DNA from: Nemertoderma westbladi
Lineage: Eukaryota; Animalia; Xenacoelomorpha
Direction of reading: 5' to 3'
DNA length: 64,000 nt
Assembly: GCA_032718475.1 (NCBI GenBank)
Contig: JAUCBJ010005374.1
Span: 34,147 to 98,146, forward strand
Shown: in pieces, positions 51,316 to 63,604 of the stretch
Numbering within the stretch: position 1 is the stretch's first letter
Layout: each line of letters starts with the position of its first letter
The notes under the pieces: generated by a model
What the model was told of the DNA's origin: nothing
Databases searched by the model: none
What the model saw: only the letters and a program-made list of their open reading frames with translations
Made by a program: the position numbers and the translations under genes

Positions 51316-51555
51316 CTACTACTACTACTAGGATCGGCACGCTTCATTGCAGGTGCATTTTAAGAATGCTGTGCCGGCATTTCCACAAAATTGCAACGCC
51401 ACAAATCCCTATCTCCCATGACATTTGCTAGATCATCCGCATCTTCAAGGCCAGTGTCCTTTGAGATGCGCCTCAAGAAAGTCATGGGCTGTCCACTATG
51501 CTTATTCACTCCATGAGACTGCGTACTTGAGTACAAGATTATTTACAAGTCTACT
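51316..51555 (-). mobile_element. Short 5'-truncated RTE R1 insertion
   Basis: (CTA)n tail and R1 3' end, flanked by the 12-bp TSD GGTCCATTTACA (51304-51315, 51556-51567). Confidence 0.9.
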
Positions 51556-51599
51556 GGTCCATTTACAAGTTACTTTATAGAACTGTAGATATCCTCTAG

Positions 51600-52097
51600 G
51601 TGAGTGTAGCTGAAGATGTTCAACCAGTAGTGAGTGTAGCTGAATATGTTCAACCAGTAGTGAGTGCAGCTAAAGATGTTTAACCAGTACTGAGTGTAAC
51701 TGGAGATTCTTAACTGGTAGTGAGTGTAACTGAAGATGTTCAACCGGTAGTGAGAGTAGCTGGAGATGTTCAACCGGTAGTGAGTATAGCTGGAGATGTT
51801 CAACCGGTAGTGAATGTAACTGAAGATGTTCAACTGGTATTGAGAGTAACTGGAGATGTTCAACCTGTAGTGAGTGTAGCTGGAGATGTTCAACCGGTAG
51901 TGACTCTAGCTGAAGATGTTCAACCAGTACTGAGTGTAACTGAAGATTTTCAACTGGTAGTGAGTGTAACTGGATATGTTCAACCGGTAATGTGTGTAGC
52001 GGGAGATGTTCAACCGGTAGTGAGTATAGCTGGAGATGTTCAACCGGTAGTGAATGTAACTGACAATGTTCAATCAGTTATGAGTGTAGCTGGATAT
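51600..52097. repeat. 30-bp minisatellite (~16 copies); remnant resumes at about 53395-53447
   Basis: Unit TGAGTGTAGCTGGAGATGTTCAACCGGTAG with variants and no indels. Confidence 0.95.
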
Positions 52098-52099
52098 GA

Positions 52100-53262
52100 T
52101 TTGGGTTCCGTATAAAGGTCGTGGGACCATGTGAGCCCATTTTTTCACTTAGAAGGATAATTAAAGAGTTCTCAAAAAAGAAAGACAGACATCTGGCTGT
52201 TAGCTTTGTTGACTTCGTCAAGCCCTTTGATTCATTCTCTCGCTCACGTATGTTCAGCATACTTTCATTATATGGGATTCCTGATGGAATTATTGCAGCA
52301 ATCAGATCAGTATACGATGGTTCGACAACATTTATGTCTAGTGTTGACGGTGACACATAACCATTCGAAATGTTATGGGGAGTACTCCAAGGAGACACAC
52401 TTGCGCCATTCTTGTTCATAATAGTGGTTGACTATGTTCTACTAATGTCCTTAGATCATCATAATGGTGATGGGGTGATGGTTTCTCCACCTACTGGCTC
52501 CAGAAGTCGAGGAAATCCTGCCAAGTACCTAACTGATCTAGACTTTGCTAATGACTTAGGAGTACTCTCATAATCACTAGAAGGAGCCGAACAGCTCCTC
52601 AGCTCATTAGAAAATTTTGACAGTTAACTTTGAAAGTCCTCAGCAAGTCTCTGACCGGATGAGCATAAGCTCAAAGGATGGTATGCTTGAGCAAGTGGAA
52701 GACTTCTGTTACCTGGGATCATGGATCCGAAAGTCAGGTGAGGACCTTCGAATACGTAAGGGAAAGGCATGGGCAGCCTTGAATAGGCTTTCCAGGATTT
52801 GAAAGTCAGCAAGATTTAATCGGAAACTTAAGGTCCGATTATTTAGAGCAGCAGTAGTTCCAGTACTCCTCTATGGGAGTCCATGCTGAGCTCTACCTGC
52901 TGAGGACACCAAATCTCTGGATGGCACATTCACAAGAATGCAACGCCGGGTTCATTGTGTCAAGTACAATGCACACATCTCCAACCAGACACTATATAAC
53001 ATTGGAGGTGACTCATTGGTTCCCCCAAGCTTGACACTTGAACACTCCGCTTTGCTGTTTTCGCAGTGAGGACCAGCCTGTGCATAATCTTGTGCTTTGG
53101 AAGCCCCATGGAGAAAATAAGCATGGTGGACAGCACATGAATTTTGTGAGACGCCTCTTAAAGGACACTGGTTTGGTAGATGCGAATAGTCTCGCGAAAG
53201 TCATGGGGGATAGGGAGTTGTGGCGGTGAATCTTCGTAGATAAGCGGGCATAGCATTCTTAA
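52100..53262 (+). mobile_element. Degenerate RTE R1 RT and 3' region
   Basis: ORFs 52121-52360, 52370-52573, 52617-52802 and 53038-53229 match R1. Confidence 0.9.
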
Positions 53263-53809
53263 TTCACAAATTAATTATGCTAATGCTTAATCCCCTGCAT
53301 TGGGCTTGTCAATTGTGGATTGCATGGTGGTAGCAAAATATTTTTGTTAAGCCAGCATCTCAATGACCAGTTTCAATGCAGCAGGCCGATTATAGAGTTT
53401 AGCTGGAGATTTTCAATCAGTTAGTGAGTGTAGCTGAAGATGTTCACGGTGAAGCAATGACGAATTGAGATTTATCTGTTTTAGAAGCCTACAACAACAA
53501 TATCGGAGATGATGATGGCACAGGACTTCAGCCGCTAATTATAGAAAGTGTTGAGACAATAATAATTGAGAAGGGATTGTTTTATCTCTTAGGCCTACGG
53601 ATTCTCATAGCACCAATCTTGAGTATGACACTCTACCGGATTCTATGGCAATCAATAGCGGGGTAAATGACGAGCAATCAATGCTAACGGAAGATGGTGA
53701 ACATGAATTAGTTTCCAACAGCAGGTGTGGCAAGATGACCACAATCCAGACAGCGCAAACAGTTATAAAAATAGGGAGTCTGGGCTGTCCCGTGGAATAA
53801 AACGAATCT

Positions 53810-54320
53810 AAAGGTTCGATTCTCTTTAGAGCAGCAGTAGAACCAGTTCTCGTATATGGGAGTCTGTGCTGGCTTCTAACTGCAGAGGATTCCAAATCTC
53901 TGGATGGCACTTTCACAAGAATGATGTGCCGGGTTCATTGTGTCAAGTATAATGAACACATATCCAATCTGACTCTATACAACATTGTAGGAAACATCCA
54001 TTAGTCTTCCTTAGCTTGACACTTGACCTGAACCGCCTCCGCTTTGCAGGACATTGCTTTCGCCGTGAGTACCAGCCAGTCCATAATATTGTGCTTTGGC
54101 GAATAAATAAACATGGTGGACAGCCCATGCCTTTCTTGGGACGCCTGTTAGAGGCGTATCTAAACACTGGCCTTGAAGATGCGGATGATCTAGCAACTGT
54201 CATGGGTGGTAGGGAGATGTGACAGCGCAATTTTGTTGACAAGCCGGCACAGCATTATTAATATATATGTAATACACAATAATGCAGTTGCAATGCAGCA
54301 TGCTGATAGTAGAAGTAGTA
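53810..54320 (+). mobile_element. Older RTE R1 3' fragment
   Basis: LFRAAV, RFAGHCFRRE; decayed tail TGATAGTAGAAGTAGTA. Confidence 0.85.
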
Positions 54321-54674
54321 ATTATAAAAAAAATTGTAATATTACAGTGTTTCTATGTTTCTTAGTATACATGTAACCTCAAAGAAAGGAAAACATGGCC
54401 CCGCGCTGTATATATATAATGCGTTCAAACACTTTGCTTAATACCGGTAACAATGAAATAGGACGATAGTTGGTTGTGAGACATGGGTCACCAGATTTAT
54501 AAACGGGGGTTACTTTTGCTTCTTTGAGAGAATTTGGAAAAAAAACCGTGTTTGATACTCAAATTTATTAATTCGGAAAAATGATTACACAATATATGGG
54601 CAGCTGTTTTTATTAATTTGGTTGGACATTTGTCATTTGAGGCTGAGGCATCATTTAATTATAATAAATAATTG

Positions 54675-55710
54675 TGTCAAGCTTGGGGGAACCAAAGAGA
54701 CACCTCCAATGTTATATAGTGTCTGGTTGGAGATGTGTGCATTGTATTTGACACAATGAACCCGGCGTAGCATTCTTGTGAATGTGCCATCCAGAGATTT
54801 GGTGTCCTCAGCAGTTAGAGCCTAGCATGGACTCCTGTAGAGGAGTACTGGAACTACTGCTGCTCTAAATAATCGGACCTTAAGTTTCCGATTAATTCTC
54901 GGTGACTTCCAAATCCTGGAAAGCCTATTCAAGGCTGCCCATGCCTTTCCCTTACGTATTCGAAGGTCCTCACCTGACTTCCGGTTCCATGATCCCAGGT
55001 AACAGAAGTCGTCCACATGCTCAAGCATACCATCCTTTGAGCTTATGCTCATCCGATCAGAGACTTGCAGAGGACTTTCAAAGTTAACTGTCAAAATTGT
55101 GGTCTTTCTGGAGTTACTAAAAAGACCAACACTAGAAGCAGCATGATGAGCTAATGAGCTGAGGAGCCGTTGGGCTCCCTCTAATGATTCTGAGAGTATT
55201 CCTAAGTCATCAGCAAAGTCTAGATCATTTAGGTACTTGGCAGGATTTCCTCGAGTTCTGGAGCCAGTAGGTGGAGTTATCATCACCCCATCATCATTAT
55301 GATGATCTAAGGACATGCGTAGAACATAGTCAACAACAATTATGAACAAGAATGGTGCAAGCGTGTCTCCTTGGAGGACGCCCCATAACACTTCAAATGG
55401 TTCTGTGTCACCGTCAACTGTAGACACAAATGTTGTCGAACCATCGTATACTGATCTGTTTGCTGCAATGATTTCATCAGGAATCCCATACAGTGAAAGT
55501 ATGCTGAACATACGTGAGCGAGAGACTGAATCAAAGGCCTTGAAGAAGTCAACAAAGATAACAGCCAGATGCATGTCTTTCTTATTTGATAATTCTTCAA
55601 TTATCCTTCTAAGTGCCAAAATGGGCTCCATGGTCCCACGACCTTAACGGAACCCATTCTGATTTCCACGGAGCAGTCTCTCAATGGGATCCCTGATGCG
55701 ATTTAATAGA
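54675..55710 (-). mobile_element. RTE R1 RT fragment truncated at both ends
   Basis: ORF 54822-55631 is near-identical to the other R1 copies (DFFKAFDSV, QGDTLAP, FADD). Confidence 0.92.
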
Positions 55711-57328
55711 TTCCGCCATAGTAGTAGGGTCTGTAATTATTGAATTATAATTATTAATGGACACTGAAAGTTTACGCGGGATGCAATTTTTTGATTGACG
55801 GCCCAAGGCACCGTTTATTGTTCGCCATGTTTTCCGCATGTTAGATTTATTTTTTTTAAATTGTGATGTATAAAATTCTCGCTCGGCTGTTCTTAGAGTG
55901 GATGTGAGCTGATTTCTATACGTTTTGTACATACTGTGGTTTATTAATGTTGGACTGTGGACATATTTAGCATACAATTTATTTTTTTTATTAATGGATT
56001 TGACCGGTATCAGAGATAGCCATGGTTTACGTGGAATTAATTTCTTTGAACATTTTTTGAGGGGAACATCTTTTTTACATACCGCATTTAAATCAGAATA
56101 GAAATGATCAAAGCGATCACTCAACCGATTATCCGAATCCTCATAGTACCACGTATTTGGATTTAAGAGATCTGCCAAGAAAGTAGCCTAATTAAAATTT
56201 GAATAATCATAAATAGTATCGGCCCTAAAATAGTTAGAGTAATCGGTTAAAATCAGGAATGTTGGTAAATGATCTGCGATTTCAGTTAAAAAAACACCCT
56301 CATTACATAATGCGATGATCCGATATTAGTTATGATGTGATCCAACAGGGATGGGGTTGGACTTCTGATTCGTTTAGGTTTTGTAATGACCTGCTGAAAA
56401 CCAGTACAATTTATGGTTTGAAGATAGTTAAGTGTCATATTACATGGTTTCTTTAGGTCGATATTCATATCACCTGTTAAAATCACATCATAATCTTTGT
56501 CGGCTAATGTAGATAATAGTTGTTCCAAGTTATGAATAACACCATGGCGCTCAATAGACTGGAAAACATACAGGCAACCTATTATTAGGGGTTTATTAGG
56601 GTTAGGGCGCCTGACTTCGACCCAACAGTTCTCATTCTTAAATCGTTGCGTTCTGTACATTCGAACTCATCCCTAATGAAAATTGCAGTGCCTCCTCTCT
56701 TTGTTTCACGCAAACCCTGTGATACGAGCTCATAACCTGGAAATTGTACTTCTGAAAAATTTGAGTTAGGAGACAGAAATTTTTCAGAAAAATATAGTAC
56801 GTTAAATTTAGTTTCCATTGTTTCAAAAAAATCAGTTATTTCGGCCTTATGAGCTGGTAGACTTTGGGTATTGACGTGAAAAATTGAAAATGACTTGGAA
56901 TTATACAAGTTACTGAATTTTTTATCAAATATGTCAGCGGTGTAATAATCTTGCGAAATTATATTACTACTAAAATGTAGGTCAGGATCAATATCATTGA
57001 ACAAAGAATTTGTTAGGTCGTTGTCAGAGCTAAAAACAAGGTTAGTAGTGTCACTTTCAAAAATATCATCATCGACATCACCAACATATACAAATGGGAA
57101 TATTTCAGTGTAACAATAAATGCACCACAGGTTACAGGGCTGTGTTGAATTTATATAGTCAATTGAATCTCCCTGGGTTAAACAAGTTCCACATTGCGAA
57201 TGGTAGGTTAATTTGCAAAGTCCACATTTGAATTGCAGGTCTGACTTTGAAAACTGTGAGAAACAAAAATCGCAGTCAGATTTAGTAATAGCATCAGGAG
57301 GGCAGATAGGTAGAGCGTTAGAAGTCAT
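55710..57328 (-). pseudogene. LINE ORF2 N-terminus: PHD-like finger plus APE endonuclease and linker
   Basis: CDFC..CGLC..YHSQC..WCIYC; HVNTQSL, GGTAIFI, GDMNIDL, LLDHIITN, ADHLP; KPW, YKTYRN. Three frameshifted pieces. Confidence 0.85.
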
Positions 57329-58323
57329 GCTAGTTAGTTGGGGGTAAGATAAAGTGAGTTAGTAGGAGTAAGATACAATGCGATAGTTAGGGGGAGAGAT
57401 AAAGCGGCAAAAACCAGCCAGCTAACTGCTTAAATATGAAACATAGGTCTGAGAATGCACTAATAAATTGTTCTAGGAGATATAAAGCGTAATACCAATT
57501 TAAACTTAGGCCTAATAGAAAAAAAAAAAAAAACCATTTAATAGCATAATTAAATAGCGATACCCATAACGGCAACCCTATGATGGGCCCAAATTAAGTA
57601 AAGCAATACAACAGTAGATGGATATGTTGGTAAATAATTAATATCGTGAAATTAAACAACCAGATAAACTTGAATCTTTCAATAAACTTCCAATGTCTTA
57701 ATCCTTAATCTTTACCAAATATTAAAAAAAATAATAATGATCATATACCAGTACATACATACCGACGTTAGAATTATACATACAGACATTCAGGGAAGTT
57801 ATGTAAAACAATCCTCATTTAACATGTATCGGTACCTATACTATAACATAGTTGTGACATTACAATAAATTAATAAATTGTTCTACGGGCATAATGTAAA
57901 ATTAAACTGAACGTTATTCGTATCGTACAAGAGATTATATAATATACCACAGAATCAATATCAGGGCCAGATTAGCGTCGATATTATCTACATAGACGTA
58001 AAGATTTTACACCGAAGTTATGTAAAGTGGTCCACAATTAGTCGACTGACGAATACCATGTACTGCTATAGTAATTGAGAATGTCATTCTCAATTGAGAG
58101 GAACAATCGAACTTCCCCAAGAGGAAGCATAAGATAATGCAGAGCAAGAGTTTATTTGTTTATCCGGTACTTACAGAAACATCCGGTGTATCCACTATCG
58201 ATGTTCCGGAAGTTGACTGCAATAACAGAGCGTACCAGTTATTTATTCTGCGCGTGGTGTTACTGGATTCCGTGGGCGTTATGGCGTTACCAACAGAACG
58301 GCCAGGGGTAACCGAGCCTTCTG

Positions 58324-59027
58324 TTAGCACCCCCTCCTCCTATTGCTTCTCATAACCTGAAACCCCGATGGAATAGACGATTTCAGCTTGGTTAAGTCAT
58401 CCTCGGTAGCAATCCGGATTGGCTTCAGGTCTTCGCCCACCTTCACTAGAATCTGACCGTTGATTGTAAAGTAGGAATGGATTAGGTTATCAGCTCTTAT
58501 CCTGGCCACCGATCTAAGCATCGACGCGCAATGTGGGGTGAGATGTTCCGATATAGAGATTGGAGATTTTAGGGATTTCTTAGCTTTGAGTGCTGCGAGG
58601 CGCAGCGCATGTCCTTGAAAACGCACAATGAGAGGTCGGGCCGGTTTATCAGGAGCCCCAGAAAACCGCGAGGGGCCTAGGCGATGAAAAGCATCAACTT
58701 TATCCTGGAATCCGATGATTTTAAGTATACTTAGTAATTTTTCATGCTCGATTTCCGATGACCGGGATTCAGCGAGACCGTGTATCAAAATATTATGACG
58801 CCGTGAATATTGCTCCAGGTTATCGTTTCGTGCTGTAAGTACTGAATTTGCAGATAGCAGGTCTGCATTCTGATCTTGAAGTACAGCGATGTGCGATTTC
58901 AAAGATTAGATGCAGTCTGTATCAGTTTTTACGGCTTTAATGTCATCCTTAACACCTCGGAGTTCCCCCTTAATTTCATTCAGGGCTTGAAGTATATCGT
59001 CACCAACATCTTTCCAAGCAGGCATTA
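58324..59027 (-). pseudogene. LINE ORF1p (coiled coil plus RRM-type domain), frameshifted near the 5' end
   Basis: NLEQYSRRHNILIHGLAE, HRLG, RPLIVRF, ISEHLT in ORF 58324-58902. The upstream extension to an ATG at about 59027 is inferred. Confidence 0.8.
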
Positions 59028-61189
59028 TTACAGTTTACAGTATTAGGTAGACTGACTCAGTGTATTTCGTTCAATTCTAATTCCTTTGATGTCTGTTCTG
59101 TGAGTCTGAGAGTGCGGAAAAGCTGCAGAGCTGCAGTATGGTAGGCTGGTTCACAAATTTACATCATGCAGTAGTAGGCCTACAGCTATCTAATTCAGAC
59201 AAACTGCGCTCTCTTCACTAGTGGTGAGAGTCCTTTAGTATCCCAGTCTTCCAATCTTGGATCTGAATATAGGCTACAGTCCAGTTCGGGATTGGTGGTG
59301 TGGCGCCATTGTTGTCATCGGCAGCGTGTAGAATCGATAGATCGAGCCTCGGTTTAAACAGCTTGGATTTACTTGTACGCGTCTTTGGCTTAACAGTTTC
59401 TGCTCCCTTGGCTTGTCTGATCTCGGCAGTGGTGAGATGGGAGGGCCATTCCTCTTCTTCTTTACCACCTAGACCTAGGGTCATCTCTCTTTACCACCTA
59501 GGGCCACCTAGACAATCTGGTGTCTCAGTTAGTTCCTTGGGTGTAGCTCCTCTGGAGGCGATATCAGCTGGATTAATAGTCCCAGGGCAATGTCTCCAAT
59601 GGTCCACCTTTGTATGACTGAGTATAATGTCTACGCAGCTAGTTACAAAGACGCTGAATTAGCAGACTTCGTTAGTCAAATATTCTAGAACGAGTAATGC
59701 ATCCGTCCAATAAACAGTTTTCTCTAATGGGTATTCTAACTGTTCGGTGATATTCCTACCAATGGCGGTAGCATATAGTGCCGCCTTTAATTCCGCTCTG
59801 GGAACCCGCAGCTTGTTGTTGATTAGAGCCTTTGAGACGGTTAAGAAGACCTTAATTCCGTCTGGTGTTTCGGCTTTCAGATAGGCTACTATACCTATTC
59901 CAATATCACTGGCGTCTCCAAAGACGTGTAGTTGATAGGAATAGGTGGGGAGAAAATGTCTGAAATATGAGCGAGAAATCCTAAAGACCTTGATAGATGG
60001 AAAAGAGTTTTCCCACTTCATCCATTTCTTCCATAGTTCACCTTTTATCGGGTCATCCCAAGAACGGTTTTCGAGCTACATTTGCTGGACTAGACTCTGA
60101 GCAACTAGGATTACTGGACTAATGAATCCCAACGGATCGAAATACGTGCTAAGAATGCTCAAGCAGATCCTTTTAGTCCAAACAGGGTCCTCTTGTTGTT
60201 TTAATTGGAAAGAACAAAATATCGCCATCCGAATCCCACTTTAGTCCGAGGGTTTTGGTCTCCGGGAGGTTGTCTTTAATAAGGTCGAGATCTTTCGCAC
60301 CTCGTTCTTTCTCTGGGATCGCCTCCAGAAACTCATGGGAGTTGCTGGTGAATTTATTTAACCGAAATCCACCGCATTGAAGACACTCTACCATTCCCTT
60401 GGCAACCTCTACAGCTTCTTCCACCTTTGGTAGCGACTTGAGGTTGTCGTCCATGTAGATGTCACGTTTAATATTATCGATGACCGCTTTGGGGAATGCG
60501 TCTCAATCCTCATCTGCAGTAGTACGCCCTACTGAGCAGGCGTTGGATGGACTAGAGATTATGCCGAAGGCTTGGATAGTCATCCAATACTTCACTGGCT
60601 CCTTGCCAAAGTCACCATCAGGCCACCATAAGAACCGTAAAAAAACTCGGTCTCGTTGCAATGCTTTTACTTGAAGAAACATGCCCTCAGTATCAGAGGC
60701 AAAGGCGATAGAATACTGCCAGAGTCGCAGTAGTATTCCCAACAACGATTGCAGATCCATCAAACACCACCCAGACTTCATTGGGCTTTCCGGGTTTGGG
60801 AACGTAGTGGTGTGTTAGATAGTACGTTCTCTCTGTCACTGGTGTGTTGGTGGGAACTTGCTCTGGATATCCTTTGTCGATGTACTTTTTCAACTGGGTC
60901 TTATACATTTATTTAGCCTTGGCATTCCTTGACAAGCATCGATGTAGCTGTTAGATTGTCTTGATGGTCAATGGTCGATTGTTTACAAAGCTGGTCTTCT
61001 GGAAAGGTAAGCCAATCTCGTAACAACCCTCCTCCTTTAAGTAACGAGTAGTTATTACTTGGATCTGTTTAGCTCTTTCCTCCTCTACTGATAGGGCTCT
61101 ACCATACGAGTTGGGTTCCACAACTTCTTGCGTGAAGAACCGAACGGCGAGTTCATCTCTCAATTTAGCATTGTATTTTACCATTTTAC

Positions 61190-62700
61190 CATTTTTGGTG
61201 CTGAATATATTGATACAGCAGTCCGAACTTCACCAAAGCCTCCAGAAGAATGGAAACGATTTAGAGATGATGGAATAGCTATTACACTTGAACAAGAAGA
61301 TGAAGATATCGGTATTCTGATTGACCACCTCAACAATACCGTTAAACCTGGGAAAATAAACTTTAAATTAGAAGAATATGGAAGGAAAATTAATTACTTA
61401 GATTTAACTATATTTTTTGATGACAATGGAATACTTCAAACAAAAATATACCACAAACCAACAGACGTCCATCAATATATATGTCCGCACTCAGCCCATC
61501 CGCACAGTCAACTTAAACACGTTCCATATGGGGTTGCCCTACGATTGAGGCGTAACAATTCACGAATGGAGGATTTAATGCAAGCACTTTATGAATATGG
61601 AGCAGCATTCATCGCTAGGGGTTGGAGAATGGCCGATGTTACTACACAATTTGCAGCGGCAGCTATTCAGACACAGTTAGAATCTCTACAAAATGATAAA
61701 AAACTAAATAAAAGTAAATATCCCATATTTTATGTTAGTAACACTGAACCTATATTAGGATCAATACAAAAGATAGTAGACAAACATACACCTATTCTAA
61801 GAACAGACATCAGGACCAAGCAACTCATTGACTCTTATAAAATAGTAAATATTAACCGTAGGGCCCCTACGCTAAAGGGAATTTTAGCTCCATCCAGTTT
61901 AACATCAAAGCAGAAGAACCAGGCAAATACAACACATGCTGGATCTAAAAAATGTACAAGACAGAAATGTATACCATGTGAAGCGATAAAACCAACAAAA
62001 CAATTCGGATTAACCTCGACCCGTTTGAAAGCTAAGTATGAAATTAAACAGCGCCTTACCTGTGATGACAAAGATATAATATATTTAGCAAAATGTAAAA
62101 TATGTAACTTACAAGGAATCGGATCAACAGAAACATTTAAACCAAGGCTATCACAATATAAGTGTAATATAAAGAATCATAAACCACAAACGACTATAGA
62201 GAAACATTTTTGTAAAAATGAAAACCATGATTTTTCACATTTCGAAATAACACCCATTGAAAAGGTTCATTACAAAGGCAGGGGAAAGAAAGATCAGCGA
62301 CGGGAGATCCGTACAAGGGAAGGATACTGGCAGTGCACCTTAAGAACAATCAAGCCATTTGGTCTCAACACTATAAATGAAGCGGTTTGCAATAATTTCG
62401 GCTTAGACGTATTTAATCCAGATTAGAGAACTCATTATGTAGACTAATGTACTGTAGACGCTTAATTTCATGGAAACTGTAATGAATTAGCTATTTATTT
62501 ATTTAATTATTTAAATCACTTGAAAAAGAAATATTATATTATTTCGAAAGCTTGTGTAATTTCTTATAATTTTTATTTAACGTGGTTGATCTTGGTTTCC
62601 TTACAATTATATTTATATATTTAATTTTTGTAACCGGATCCCACACCCCAACGGCTTTGACTTGCTAAATTTATAATCTATATATATATATATATATATA
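61190..62700 (+). mobile_element. 5'-truncated Penelope-like element (Neptune-like): RT C-terminus plus GIY-YIG endonuclease
   Basis: WKRFRDDG, INYLDL, YHKPTD..SAHP, PYGVALRLRR, CxxxxCxxC, IIY-LAKCKIC..GIG.T, REGYW..L.T..PFGLN; ends in (TA)n. The first ~20 codons of track ORF 61128-62426 are BEL sequence. Confidence 0.93.
62517..62556 (+). ncRNA. Minimal hammerhead-type motif of the Penelope pseudo-LTR (non-canonical core)
   Basis: CAC-TTGAAAAA-GAAATA-ttatat-TATTTC-GAAA-GCTT-GTG: stem I CAC/GTG, 6-bp stem II, GAAA core, and palindromic AAGCTT in place of stem III. Confidence 0.6.
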
Positions 62701-63604
62701 TATACCCGTAGCAGGTTTAATTAATATTTATCCTGATGTTCAGAGGATTACAAGCACAGTAAATTATTGTTCTTACTCTTTTAGAGGTCACAGTAAGGAT
62801 GGTAAACACAGGTTCTTACAGGGGTTAATGCGAATTTTTGAAACTAAGATAGCAGCATTCAATAATTTGGGTTGTCCAGATAAGGAGATGCCACCGTCTG
62901 ACGGCTTATAGTCTACACTATAAACAAACGTACCAGGAGTGCCCTATACCTAGAAGTTAATTATCGTAGCCGATGCTAACGGACCTATTAACCACTTTAC
63001 AACTCAAATATAATGTGATTAAATTTCAGGAAAGTGTTGTACTCTAAACCCTAGTTAGATACGAACACTTGTATAACATATAACTTGCTAAATATACTTG
63101 AACAGCTAAAAGAACCACAGCATCTGCCGGAGTAACCAGAGCATTAAATCACCAGTCTGTACTATGCCAAGCAGTCCTTAAATAGTACTGGGGTTAATTT
63201 AACTATTACAGTATGTACAACTTAGCAGAATTAGTGCAGGAATAAACTTAGGGACATGAAGGTTGCAATTACTTGCATAAACTCTGAATAATAAGTATTG
63301 CGCTACCTTTACAGATTATTAAAAACAAAACACAGACCAAAATGCTGACAGACTACCATCAAATCTAAAATAAACCACACCAAAATGAAGTTTGCGAAAT
63401 CATTAGTTAGTATGCGTTCCAGACTATGTGGTATGACTTATTCTTTAATGGGGGGTTTACCTTACAGCATTGGATGCCCCCACTACCTAACTAGAGCTCT
63501 ATTGGACCAATAACCTACAATGCCGTAATCTACTCCAAACCTAACAATAATCAGGCAACAATCCAGCCTATGGATTACTTTTACAATCTGAGCAGGGTTA
63601 TACA

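Larger units (their letters stand above)
55710..59217 (-). mobile_element. 5' half of a CR1/L2(Crack)-group LINE: ORF1, ~1-kb spacer, ORF2 PHD plus APE; RT missing
   Basis: See the ORF1 and ORF2 entries. It abuts BEL element E at about 59217 and is cut by an RTE at about 55710. Confidence 0.85.
59218..63603 (-). mobile_element. BEL/Pao element E, a close relative of A: RT-RNaseH fragment (59218-61190) and leader (62705-63603), with gag-PR replaced by a Penelope insertion
   Basis: YMDDNLKSLP, HVFGDASDIG, PRAELKAA and YWTDA closely match A. 62870-63600 aligns with the A leader at about 38240-38990. Confidence 0.9.

Noticed and set aside
45630-55740. The two L2/Crack pieces seem to join (…DPTTMAES | SFNNYF…) as one LINE split by 10 kb
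   Set aside because: The intervening block is not one element and has no TSD, and the two pieces look like different families. Treated as coincidence unless a consensus shows otherwise.
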